A DNA stretch of 64,000 nt from Hyaloraphidium curvatum SAG 235-1 (lineage: Eukaryota; Fungi; Monoblepharomycota). The position numbers and the translations under genes were made by a program. Below the pieces are notes generated by a model. That model did not search any database. It saw only the letters and a program-made list of their open reading frames with translations, and was not told the origin of the DNA. Position 1 is the first letter of the stretch. Each line of letters opens with the position of its first letter. This document shows positions 13,069 to 24,900 of this stretch, in pieces. The DNA lies in assembly GCA_025558095.1 (NCBI GenBank), contig JAIVFI010000035.1, positions 310,001-374,000 on the forward strand, written 5' to 3'.

Positions 13069-13402
13069 GGGAGCCGGCCTCCCCCCATACTGACATACTG
13101 ACACGGGAACGATAGATGTAGACCCATCATATGGAAATCATATGGAAAGTGAATCGAGTGATCATCCAGGTTGACAGAAGGGTACATGAGGGTATCGAAG
13201 AGCAGTCCGCAAGCATGATCATCTACGTCAAATGACAAAGCAACAGCTGAGGTCCGCTCGCCCAACCATGAGGGCCACGCGGACAAGTTGCTGCTCGAGA
13301 AGCCCAACCAGAGGGCGAACCGGGCAACAAGACGTGTGCTAGCCCTGGTAACCCGACGAAGCCGGTCCGAAGGAAGCACAGAAGCAACTTCCAATGCCAT
13401 CC

Positions 13403-13731
13403 TCAGGCATCCTTGTTCGGCGTTTGAAGCTTCTGGAAGAAGGCACGGCCCTTCAACTGACAGGGGCCCGCCACGTCGTGGTCTAGCAGGTCCAACGGTC
13501 AGCGACGGAGGCTCAGATCCCGACGCCAGTGAGCTCTCTACCATTGCAGTAGCTGCAAACGGCCTTCTTCGCCGCCCGACGGCCCTCATCGTCGAGGAGG
13601 TCCGAGTCAAGGAGAGCGACGGTCGGAGAGTGCGACCGCGCCGGGGGCAAGCGCGGCGAGTCGGCCGCAGCCGACGTTGCGGAGGTCGGCGTCGCAGCAG
13701 AGCCGTCGACAGGGAGGGAAGCCGCGGCCAT
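13403..13731 (-). CDS. small hypothetical protein (~90 aa) with CxxC-x2-H-x5-C motif
   Basis: ATG at 13731; canonical intron 13483-13541 (GTAGAG...GCTGAC...TAG) gives AVCSYCNDHDVAGPCQLKGRAFFQKLQTPNKDA*. Confidence 0.5.
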
Positions 13732-13885
13732 TTCTGTGCAAAGAAGGGGGGGGGGGTTGTTTTGGGTGGGGTTGTTTTTTCTCCTGCGGCGCGGCTGGCG
13801 GAAGCGCGCGGGGGGCGGGATGAGTCGGAGTTTCGCCGTCCCACTCTCTTCAAGAGTCGTCGGCGATATCCGTTACAATCTGTTT

Positions 13886-15779
13886 CTAAGTTTTCTTGCC
13901 CTTCTTTGCGCTCGAACCACCGAAAAAGTCCTCGATCGTCCTCTTCCTGCCGTTGGCGCTCTTGAGCGACGCCGGATCGGGCACCACCTCTTCGTCCGCC
14001 ATGTCCTCGCCTTCGCCGTTGTCTGCCTCTGCCACCACGTCCACAGTCCCGGCACTTGGGCTGGGGGGCTTCCAGCTCCCTGCAGGTGCCACGCCGTACT
14101 TCTTCTCCTTGTACGCCGCGGCGATCCCGTCAATGCACCGCTTGCTGGCCTCCTTGTGATCCACGATGGGATCGGGATAGCCTGCCTCGCGGATCCGCTT
14201 GCGTATGTCGGCAGGGGCCGTCCAAGGCTCGATCAGATGCTTTTCCGGCACCGCAGCCAGCTCCGGGACGAACTTGCGGATGTAGGCGTAGACCTCCGGC
14301 TTGTACTTTGCCGGGAACGCCGACGGGGAGTAAACGCGGAAGTACTGCGAGAAGTAGGCCGATGCCGAAAGCCAGAGCCAGTTGCCGACGTTGAGCGCCG
14401 GATCCGCATCCAAGAGCAGCTCCTCGAACACGTCCGCGCCGCGCTCCCAGGAGATGTAGAGGTCGCCTCGGGTCAAGAAGCACGCGACGCAGTGCCGCGC
14501 CAGGTGGTGGATCCAACCTTCGCGACGGAGCTGGCGCATGATCGCGTCGATCCAGGGGAATCCGGTGCGTCCGTTCGTCCACGCCTCCAAGTGCTCCATG
14601 GCCTTGCGGTCCTCAGCCGTCGGATTCGCCGGGAGTGAGGGGCCGGCGAGGCGCCATGGCACCTGCAAACACACCGGATTCGTGGCCATAAGGTTGTAGC
14701 CCGGCGTCGTTGCCGCGCAGTAGTAGAACTCCCGCCACAGCAGCTGGCCCCAGAGCGAGACCGGGGGCTGCGAATGGCCTTTTCCCGCTGGCGAAGAGTA
14801 GAGGGCGAGGAGGCGAGAGCGAAAGAGGCGCGCGGACAGCGAACCGAACTTGAGGTACGGCGAGAGAACGGTCGTGCTGGCGTTCGGGTGCATCATCGCA
14901 GGCGAAGTCTCGGGCTTCTCAAACTTGGCGGCGCGAGCGGTCTGGGCCAGGAAAGAGTCCAGACGTCGCAGAGCCTCGGTCTCGCCTCCAGGATGGGGCG
15001 ATCGCTGGTCTTCCGGGGGCAACCGCAGCTTGAGCTCCTCGGCCGTGGGCACCGAGAACGGGGATGCAGGACCGGCTGGCTCGACAAAGACGCTGTGCGA
15101 ATCCGGCGGCGATCCGGCGTTCCCAGTAGGTTCTGCGAGGGCGGAAGAGGGAAAAGAGAGCTGCTTGGCATCGTCGTCGGATATCGCCGGCATGCGCGTC
15201 GGGGCATCCAGCGGCGCGGAAGGTGCCGGCATCTTCTCGACCACCCCCTGGAACGCGCGGTAGGTGAGGGGCACCTTGCCCTTGTTGGCCTTGACGACGT
15301 CCTTCGGGTCCCAGAGCGTGTGGCCGAGGCACGAGACGGCTTCCACGCCGGCCGCGGAGCAGAGCGCGCGCACTTTGGCGTCCCGGAACTCGGCGTAGGG
15401 CTCCGTGTCGGCCTCGAAGAAGAGGTGCGTGGGCTTCCAGCGCGAAAACACGGCGGGAAAGAGCCGCAGCGGGTCCCCGCGGAGCACGAGCAGGCGCGAG
15501 CCCAGGCGGCGGAGGGACCTGTCCAGGTCCTCGAGCGTCTCGAGCAGGTGCACCCAACGGCGCACGCCGACGCGCATCACATTGGAGTAGACGAACTGCG
15601 GGTCGACTTCAGGCGCTGTCAGTGGCGGCGAATGGAGACGGACAACAGATCTCACGGCAGAAGATGGGCAGGACGCGCGGAGCGGCGGCTAGGGCCTTTG
15701 CCAGCGCCGGGTTGTCGTGCAGCCGCAGGCCCTTCCGGAACCAGACGATGGCTACCGTTGCCTTGCTCTCGCCGGCCAT
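13886..15779 (-). CDS. (6-4) photolyase / animal-type cryptochrome family protein
   Basis: VWFRKGLRLHDNPAL, LSPYLKFGSLSAR, GQLLWREFYY, GRTGFPWIDAIMRQLRREGWIHHLARHCVACFLTRGDL, LLDADPALNVGNWLWLS; basic NLS-like C-terminal tail. Confidence 0.92.
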
Positions 15780-16029
15780 GCTTGATCGAACTGCGGGGAC
15801 AGCTCGGCAAACTGTGCTGGGGATTCGGATCGGAAATCCCGCCCGGCGGGGATCATGTTCGCTGCGGCGGGAGAACGCCCGCCGAAAAGCATCACGCGGA
15901 ATCGTCAGCGCCACTTCCGATTCACCAGCGACAGATACTTTTCGACTACAATCAACTGGTTCCGCGGGCGGATGCACTTCCGAGCCGATTCTACACCTCA
16001 AGAGCCAAGATGCAGCGAATCAACCCGAA

Positions 16030-17163
16030 TCATCCAGCCAACAGCGCCGCCTCCTCCACCGGAGGACCCACCCCCAGCGCCTCCAGCTCCGCCACGATCT
16101 CCTTCTTCAGCGCGACCAGCAGCGCCGGCCGGTCGGTCAGCACGCAGCCGGCGCCCAGCCAATCGACGGCCCGCACGAGGCCGTGGCGGTCCTGGACCGT
16201 CCAGACCTGAGTCCGGTAGCCCCGGCGCTTCGCGCGGCGGGCAAAGCTAGGCGAGAATCCAAGGACGTTGGCCTGGATGCTGTAGCCGAAGACGTCGGAT
16301 TGATGCCGCGAATCGCGGCCTGCGGAGGAGTCGTCGCCCTTTTCGGAGCGAGAAACAAATGTCCGAGCAAAGCCCGCAGTCCGCTCAAACAGGGAGCCCA
16401 GGACGACGCCGTCGAAGAAGGAAAGGGAGCCAAAGTCGGGGGCAAACAGGCGCAGGGAGATCCTCCGGCACTCGGGCAGGATCCGGACGGCGGCCTCGTG
16501 GTAGTCGTCCCGCCAGCAGTTCAGGAGAACGCGCTCGAAGGGGTCCGGCGACGCGTGGGCGAGCGCAAAGGCCTGGAGGGCCTCCCGGATCCGGCGCATC
16601 GTCAGCTCGGGGTCGTTGCTCGAAGGTTTGAGGTCTGCAGGGAACAACGCTCAGCCCACAGGCATTCCGAAGGGAATATTCAATAGCGACGAACCAAAAT
16701 GGACCTCGGCGAGAGGAAAGTCGGCCAGCAGCTCAACGATCTCCTCCATCGTCGGCGGCGGGTCCCCCTCGCGAGCTGCCCCGCTGGCGTCGAGCTTCCG
16801 GACCTCCTCCAGCGTCAAATCGCGTAATCGACCCTTGGAACCCGTCGTCCGATCCACGGTCGAGTCGTGCATGGCCACCAGGCGGTCGTCCTTCGTCAGG
16901 CCCAAATCGCACTCTATCCCGTCCGCCCCGGATTCAAGGGCAAGCCGGTACGCCCTCAGCGTGTTCTCCGGCCCGATTGCCGCGCCCTCCGAGGGCTTGT
17001 TGGCCCCGCGGTGGGCGACGATGGCCAGGGCCTTCCACCGCTCGAGCCGCTCCTCCGGAGTGTCCGCAGACTGCCCCGGCGAGCCCGACAGGTGCAACCG
17101 CGTTCGGTACGCGGTCCAGGCGAACAACCCGGCGCTCACGGCGACCGCCGCGATGGCCGCCAT
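16030..17163 (-). CDS. glycerophosphodiester phosphodiesterase (GDPD) with N-terminal TM segment
   Basis: IVAHRGA, ENTLRAY, GADGIECDLGLTKDDRLVAMHD, VWTV...LTDRP; one intron near 16640-16700. Confidence 0.85.
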
Positions 17164-17555
17164 TCCGTTTCCCGGTTTCCGGTCGTCAATCGTCAAGCGC
17201 AGTGATCGGCGGGCGGCTGCGCTCTTGCCGGACCCTTTCCGGTTTCCGCCCGCCCAGTCTCCTCGGAGGACAAGCGTGATGTGGATTGAGAGTGGAATTG
17301 CCTACAGAAGGAAGGTGGGCATTACAACAAGGTCGTTCATTGGTTTCCGTTCGCGGGACGGGGCGAAAACGGGCATCTGATTGCTCCAAGCCTGCGCCCA
17401 GATCCATCTCCAGCTCACGACCGACCAAGAACGCGACGACATCATGCTTGTATTGTTCAGAATGAAGAAGTTGCGCTCGGCGGGTATAGTCAGAGGGCGG
17501 AAAGACGAGCTCCGGTGCCTCGGAGAAGACAGCAAGGCATCCAGCCGATGATGGC

Positions 17556-18144
17556 CTAGTCGGCCTTGGCGTGGTACTCTGCAGGCGTGTTCAGATAAGC
17601 CGATGCCCGCTGCGCCCGCTGCCGGCCCACCTTGGCTGGCCAGGTACTCCTCCAGGCTGATCTTGCCGTCGCCGTCGCGGTCGTCCTCACGCAGGGTGTG
17701 GTCAACCATGTCGTCGACCTCCTGGACGGGGATACGCTGGTCCTCGGGCGCGTCGTAGTCGCTGAATGCTGTCCGCAGCTCGTGGCCGTCCAGGAAGCCG
17801 TCGTTGTTCAGATCCGTGACCTTTCGGCGGGCAGAAGAGCGGAGAGACACACGGAGCAGCGGGAGCGGAGGGGAAAGAATGAAAGCACGGCGAGAGAAAA
17901 TCAGACTCCGGCCGCCCAAGAAGCCCGATGGCATCACCTTGAAGAAGGCCAGGTCCGCGTCGTCCTCGTCCTTCAGCGTCACGTTCTCCGCGATGTGCTC
18001 CTTCGTGTGCTCCTTCTTGTGGCCCAGCGGGTCGAAGTTGGAGTGCTCGCCTTTCGGCTCAAAGTTCGCGAGCGCGGGGGCGGCGAGTGCGGCCAGGAGG
18101 AGGGCCAGGAGGAGGAGCGCGAGGCGCGAGGCTGGGGGGCCCAT
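17556..18144 (-). CDS. MCFD2-like secretory-pathway EF-hand protein
   Basis: Signal peptide; HTKEHI; two EF-hands (DLNNDGFLDGHEL, DRDGDGKISLEEY); two introns. Confidence 0.75.
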
Positions 18145-18303
18145 GGCGCGGCGCGAGGGCAGCGGGATTCCCGCGAGCCGCTTTGCTAGAGCACGCTTCC
18201 CCGGACTGCTGGAAGTGTGACGCAGTCAGACGCGTTGTTGACACCGGCGCGTCGATCGGTGACCGTCGACGTGGCAAGTTCGAGCGGTCTCCGCCCAGCA
18301 CGG

Positions 18304-19305
18304 ATGGCGCGAATCGCGGCAATTGCCGCGCTCCTCGCGCTGTGCGTCGCGGGCGCCGCCGGCGACGTGACGTTCGACGACGCGTGCGACCGCCCGCGGT
18401 GCCGCGCCGGCCGCCCCGTCCGCAACCCCGCGCACACGCCGGCATTCAACGGCTGCGGCGTGCCGGGCTTCATGGTGGCGTCGCCGCAGTACGACATGAC
18501 GCGCTGCTGCAACGCGCACGACGTGTGCTACGACGACTGCGGAAACAGCCGCTCCAAGTGCGACGCCGACTTCCTCGCCTGCATGCAGAAGCTGTGCGAC
18601 GACGGCTGGGCTGGCAAGCAGCGCGAGGAGTGCAGGGGCACCGCGTCCGTGTTCCACATGGGCACCGCGCTCATGGGCTGCGCGGCGTACCAGGCCAGCC
18701 AGAGGAACGCGTGCCTGTGCCTCGAGACCGTCGGCGGCGACGGCGACGCCGAGGCCCCGGAGGACGACGACGCCGCGAAGGATGACCAGACGATCGCGCT
18801 CGAGTCGATCATGAAGGTTCTGAAGCCGGCCGACGCGGATTCGTGGGAGAACCGCGAGGAAGTCGACATGGACGCCGCTGCGGAAGGGGATTACCCGAGC
18901 GCGGACGGCGATCCGGACCTCGAAACCGGCGAGGAGCACGTGCACGGCACCCACACCCACGAGCCCCCGCGCGAACCCGTGGACGAGTTCGACTTTGTCC
19001 TCCAGCCGCCGCCGCCCCCGGACGGGCCCGACCCGGTCCCCGACTGGCCCAAAGTGAGCCTCGACGACCCGCCGAAGCCGCCGCCACCGCCGCCGTTGCC
19101 CATCGAGGAGGAGTACGACGGGCCGCTCAACTTTGCCGACGACGTGGAGCCGGACGGAGACGAACCCGAGGAAGGCTACGAGGAAGTCGAGATCGACTTC
19201 GGGCGACCCGGTGACTACCCGGACGGGGAGGGCGAAGAGGACGATGTGGACGAGGATCCGGAGGAGGACGACAGCTACGGCATCCCGGATCGCGAGGAGC
19301 TTTGA
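18304..19305 (+). CDS. group XII secretory phospholipase A2-like protein with acidic tail and C-terminal REEL
   Basis: Signal peptide; FNGCG, MTRCCNAHDVCYDDCG..KCDADFLACM, GCAAYQASQRNACLC (PLA2G12 pattern); intronless. Confidence 0.85.
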   Translation: MARIAAIAALLALCVAGAAGDVTFDDACDRPRCRAGRPVRNPAHTPAFNGCGVPGFMVASPQYDMTRCCNAHDVCYDDCGNSRSKCDADFLACMQKLCDDGWAGKQREECRGTASVFHMGTALMGCAAYQASQRNACLCLETVGGDGDAEAPEDDDAAKDDQTIALESIMKVLKPADADSWENREEVDMDAAAEGDYPSADGDPDLETGEEHVHGTHTHEPPREPVDEFDFVLQPPPPPDGPDPVPDWPKVSLDDPPKPPPPPPLPIEEEYDGPLNFADDVEPDGDEPEEGYEEVEIDFGRPGDYPDGEGEEDDVDEDPEEDDSYGIPDREEL

Positions 19306-19477
19306 TATTGGCAACGATCGCATGTGGGGCAGAGCAGCTATTTGTCACGGGTGTACAGCGAGTAACCTAATGGTGGCTCATCGGAGGAAGCTAAATCCAA
19401 TGACAAGGAAAATGGCTACGTCATTGACAGGGCCAAAGACCGGAATCACTTGGTAGGCTTCCATAGGAGAGGCCTTT

Positions 19478-20570
19478 TCACTTTCCGACAACATAAAACG
19501 TGTAGAGGGTCTTTTGGCTGTAGGTTTGCCCCGCCTTGAGAATGACCTGGTTTCGCCAATCCGGGTAGTTGATCGCCGCCGGGTACTTGGACGTCTCGAG
19601 GCAGAATGCCGCTCGCGGCCCGTACGCCCCACCACCCTGCGTTTTCTTGGCGCGGTACGAAGGCTCGAGCTCGCTGGGCACGTAGAGCTGGAACCCCGGC
19701 GCGTCCGTCCGCATCTCCATCCTGATCCCCGTGCTCGGACACGTGGCCGTCGCGCAGGGCACCTCCAGCGACGGGTCCGCGACGAAAAAGTCGTCGAAAT
19801 TGCCCTCGTTGCGCGACCCGATCGGCGCCGCGCTGCGGAAGTCGTACGCGGGCTCAACGCCGATCGGCACCACCTCGCCCGAGGGGGCCCAGTCGAGCTT
19901 AGGGTCGCGGCGGAGCCAGGCCTTGACGCCCTCGGAGAAATGGAGCACTGTGCCGTCGACCGAGGGGTCCTCGAGGCCCGAGAGGTTGAAGTAGGCGTGG
20001 TTGGTCATGTTGACGATCGTGCTGGCGCCCTCCACGAGCTTGGCGCCGTACTCCATCGAAAGCGTGCCGTCGTCGGTGAGCGCGTACCGGGCCGTGGCAT
20101 GGACGGCGCCCGGGAACCCGCCCTCGCCGTCGGGCGAGGTGCGCGAGAAGGAGATCGACGATCGGTCCTGCGAGTCCACGGTCCTTCGGCGGCAAGTGAG
20201 TGGAACATTCCGCGGCCCATCGCAAAGCTACGCACCAGATCTTGCAGTCCCAGCCGGAATCCTTGCCCCCGTGGAGCGAGTTCTGCCCGAGGTCCTTGCG
20301 GAGCTCGTAGGTCTTTCCGTCCAACTCAAACTCCGCCCCCACGATCCGGTTCGCGATCCGGCCGACGGTGGCGCCAAAGTACGGGTACCCGGGTTTTGAT
20401 TTCGCGGCCACGTAGTCCTCCGGCGCGTCGTAACCGAGGACGACGTCGCGCTGGACCCCGTCGCGGTCCCTGACCACCAGGTTCGTCACGGTCGCGCCAA
20501 AGTCCGTGATGGTGACGCTGACGACGGGGCCCTTGCCCGTGGGAGGTCGGAGGACGTACGCCTTGGCCAT
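19478..20570 (-). CDS. aldose 1-epimerase (galactose mutarotase)
   Basis: DVVLGYD, YFGATVGRIANRI, NSLHGG, GEGGFPG, NMTNHAYFNLSG, FCLET; one intron. Confidence 0.9.
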
Positions 20571-20652
20571 GGTCGCCGCTGCTGCGTGGAATGGGGCGGG
20601 GATTCGGCGTGGCGTGTTGGGGGACAGCGAGACCCTGGGGACCTCTGTTGAC

Positions 20653-21928
20653 TCAGGGCTTCGAATCGCTCCGATCGAGTTCCTGGTACCGTTCCCGGGC
20701 CTTCCTCCTCGCCACCTCCCGCCAATCCATTTCCTCGCCCGGATTGGCTGGAGAAGCGCCCGAAAAGCCCAGCCCGGTTGTGCCCCGGGTCCCGACCGCC
20801 TCAACAGGCTCGGTGAGGCCATCCCCTCGCTTTCCGAGGCCACCGCCGCCCGCGTAACCCATCTTCTGCAGAAGAGCGGCGCCCTTGCCTCCGACGGGCG
20901 TCGACAACGATGCGGCCGGCGCGGAGGGACCCCCGGGTTCGGTGCTCCGGCTTCCGCCTGCGTACGGTGTCCGATCGCGCCCGTGCAGCTGTCTCCGCCG
21001 TTTCGAGCGGTCGACGTAGCCGTCGGCCAGCGTCGGCCGCGGTGCGGTGTCGCCCAACAGGCGCTTCTTCAGGTCCCCCAGCTCTTCGCGGAATTCACGA
21101 TCGAGGCGAGCCCGTCGGCTGTCCTTCGGAGTCGAGGCTCGCTCCCGCTCCTCCAGTGGCACGCCTCGTGCTCCATCTGCGGGATCCGACGTCGTCTTGA
21201 GCTCCTTCCCAGCAACGAGCTTGCACTCTTCGCACACGTCCCAAGGAGGCGGGTGGAGGTGGACGTCGAACACGGAGGATCCGATCCTGAGCACGTCACC
21301 GTGCTTCAGCGGCCGGGGTTTGCTAGCAGTCTTTGCCGCGGACATCCTGTCGTCGTTCACAAAGGTGCCGTGCGTCGAGCCGACCTGGAAGCGAAAGAGG
21401 TCAATGAATAGCTGGTCCTCGAGCAAACAAGGCGACCGTCGAAACGGGCGCGAGGTTCACATCGACAATGTAGTATTGCGCCGGCTCCGGCTCGCGAGAA
21501 GCTTTCTCAGGAGCCCCGGTGCCCTCGGAACCTTCGAAGTCGACAAAGATTGTCGCATGAGACTTGGAGACCGGCATTTCCTTCAGCCGGAGACGGTTTC
21601 CGGCCGAAGAGCGATCGCGTCCAATGGTAACGCCGCTCCCGTCAACAACCAGGACCAAGCCGACGCCGATTCCAGGAGCCTGGCTTTCGCGGACGCGGAG
21701 TCGCAGCGTGACCCCGGGATCCGGCGGCAGAGGCACGACGGCCTCGGCAAGCGCGTCCCACGCGCAGTATTGTCCCGAGACGGTGTCGTATATCAATCCC
21801 GAGGCCGGGTCGTGGAGGAAGCGCGTGTGGGACGCGTCCTCGCCCGACATGCCAGGGTGAGAAGGTACGTCAGGCGCGCGCGTGCGGGGAATCCGGTGCA
21901 AACCCGGTGTGGGCTCGCGTGCTGCCAT
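20653..21928 (-). CDS. AGGF1-like protein (OCRE + FHA + G-patch)
   Basis: Aromatic OCRE-like start (HDPASGLIYD...QYCAWD); FHA domain (TIGRD...VSKSHA...GSTHGTFVND); YVDRSKRRR; G-patch GKGAALLQKMGYAGGGGLG...GLGF. Start may be the ATG at 21850. Confidence 0.82.
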
Positions 21929-21969
21929 TGCGTTTCGCGGGGCGATGCGAACGGAGCCAGCGAGACACT

Positions 21970-24900
21970 ATGACTTCTAATGGCGCGGAAGCCAAGATCG
22001 CGGACCTGGAACGCGGGCCGCCCGTGGACGGAGACTGCGAAGGGCCGGAAATCGCCAACTTCGGCGTAACTCCGGAGGAGCTTCAGAGCCTCTTCGACCC
22101 GAAGGACGCCGAGGCACTGAGAAACTTGAGCGGGGGCTTCGGAATCTGCAAGGCGCTGGGCGTGGATCCCCATGTCGGGCTGCAGGAGCCGCCCCCGGAC
22201 CTCGAGGAACGAGTTCGCGTGTTCGGGGCGAACCGCCTTCCCGACACCCCCTCGCTGTCGTTCCTGGAGCTCATGTGGCTGGCGGCTCACGACAAGACGT
22301 TGATCATGCTGACCCTGGCCGCGTTGTTTTCCTTGGCTTTCGGTCTGTACGAGGTGGGCGGGCTCTCTTCCGCCGTGGACCGCGCTGACGGCCCGCAAGG
22401 ACCTGACCAGGGATCCGGAGGACCCGCCGATTCACTGGGTCGAGGGCACGGCCATCATCTCCACCGTTATCATCGTGACTCTGTTCAGCTCGCTGAATGA
22501 CTGGCAAAAGGAGCGGCAGTTCCGGAAGCTCAACGCCACAAAGGAAGCCCGGGACGTCATAGTCCTACGTTCCGGCGATCACAAGACCGTGTCGGTCTAC
22601 GACGTGGTTGTGGGCGACATTCTTTTCTTGGAGCCGGGTGACGTCGTCCCCGTGGACGGCATCCTGCTTGAGCTGTCGAACTTGCGCACGGACGAGAGCG
22701 CCGCGACGGGAGAGTCCGACCAGATCCGGAAGAACCTGGACGGCGACCCCTTTGTTTTGAGCGGTTCGAACGTGACCGACGGCACGGGCAAGTTTGTCGT
22801 CTGCTGCGTTGGCGAGCGGAGCTACAGCGGCACGACCATGATGGCTCTGCGGACCGACACGGGCCAGACGCCGCTGGAGGTCAAGCTTGATGGCCTGGCC
22901 GAAGATATCGCGAAGCTGGGGGCCATTGCTGCCTTTACCATGTTCGTGAGCGTGTCGGTCAAGTACGTCGTCACCACGATCCTGTCGGGCCGCGGCTTTG
23001 GGCCCGACTGCGAGACCCAGGAGTGCTCGGCGTCGGTTGTCCAAGCTTTCCTCGAGATTTTCATTTCCGCAATCGCGTATGTTCGCCCTCTGGCTGCCTT
23101 GCTCATGAAACCTGATTCTGCTGCGCAGGATCGTTGTGGTTGCCGTTCCCGAGGGCCTGCCACTTGCCGTCACTCTCGCGCTGGCCTACGGAACCATGAA
23201 GATGCTTCGTGACAATAATCTTGTTAGGGTGCTGTCGGCCTGCGAGACCATGGGCGGCGCAACGTGCATTTTGTCGGACAAGACAGGCACGCTCACACAG
23301 AACAGGATGACCGTTACCCGGGGCATTCTCGGCCGTGACCGGTCGTTCGCTGGGGACTCTGACATTGCGAAGCTCTTGGGCGATGATCCCCGAGCCGGCT
23401 CTGGCGAGCCGATTTCCACGACCGGGGCGGCGGATTCGTGGACTCCACTGGATCTCGTCCTGCTTCTTCAGGAGTCTGTTTCACTGAACAGCTCAGCATT
23501 TTCGAGGCCGGATCCGGAAGACTCGAGCGCACGCCAGGTCGTTGGCTCCAAGACGGAGACGGCCCTACTCGACTTTTGCACCAAGATCGGGGGGCCAAAC
23601 TCCGATTGGGAGAGGGTTCGCACCGCTCCTTGGGTGACGGTTGTGCACGTCTATCCGTTCTCGAGCTTATCAAAGTGCATGGCGACCGTCGTGAAGATCT
23701 CGGCCGGCGATGCGGGCATTGATAACGGATTCTACCGTGTTTACGTGAAAGGCGCATCGGAGATCGTCCTCGACTACTGCAGCACGATGCCGAGCTTTCC
23801 TCCTGATCCTCGGGGACGTGCGGTGCTGGGAGACATCACAAAAGGCCTGCAAGAGGAGATCAAGGTGGGATTGCAGACGTTGTTCGTGGATCTGTCGCAG
23901 CTGACTTTGAGCAATGAGACGAACGTCATCGACCGTTACGCCGGGGAAGCTTTGCGAACCATTTGCCTGGCTTATCGCGACATTTCGGCATCAGACTTTG
24001 ATCGCCTCACTTCAGGCCGGCTGCGCGACGTGGCAAAGGCCGGCCATGGCGATTCCGAGCCGGATCTCGAAGCGATCTTGAACACTTCGCCGGCCTTTGA
24101 GGAGTTCGTTCACAGCAAGAAGTTCACCATGCTTGGGATCGTCGGCATCGCGGATCCCCTCCGAGACGGGGTCGCCGACGCTGTCGCCCTGTGCAAGAAA
24201 GCCGGCGTGTCGGTCCGCATGGTAACCGGAGACAACCCCCTCACCGCCAAGTCCATAGCCGTCTCATGTGGGATCTACGAGGAGGGTGTCGGTATCGCAA
24301 TGGAGGGGAAGGACTTCCGGCTGAAGGCCGAGGCCGGCGAGGCGGATGATTTGCTGCCCAAGCTTCAGGTTCTCTCGCGCTCGTCGCCGCGGGACAAGCA
24401 ACTGCTTGTGAGCATGCTGCAGAAGCGTGGGGAGACGGTTGCAGTGACAGGAGATGGTACGAACGATGCTCCCGCGCTAAAGATGGTAGGCTCCTCGCTC
24501 CGTCGGTTTGCGCGTGACGCGGAAGAGTCTGATCACGACAAGGCGGACGTCGGATTCTCCATGGGCTTGTCTGGAACGGAGGTGGCCAAGGAGGCTTCGG
24601 CTATCGTCCTCATGGGTGCTGCTTGGCTTCTGTGAGATCCATCGAGGAGGTGCTGACCATATCCTTAGATGACAACTTTGCTTCGATCGTGCGAGCCATG
24701 ATGTGGGGTCGGGCAATCAACGACGCGGTCAAGAAGTTTCTTCAGTTTCAACTGACCGTCAACATCACCGCAACATTGCTTGCCTTCGTCTCCTCGCTCG
24801 CGGACGGCAATGAGCAGGTGAATAGGGCCTGCTGCCGATTTCGACCGTTTCTGATCCAGAGCTGGTTGTGGCAGAGCGTCCTAACTGCTGTGCAGCTGCT

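Noticed and set aside
12990-13965. Long ORFs on both strands; an Mss4-like protein was considered
   Set aside because: Low-complexity translations; the spliced small ORF lacks the second CxxC and the Mss4 motifs.
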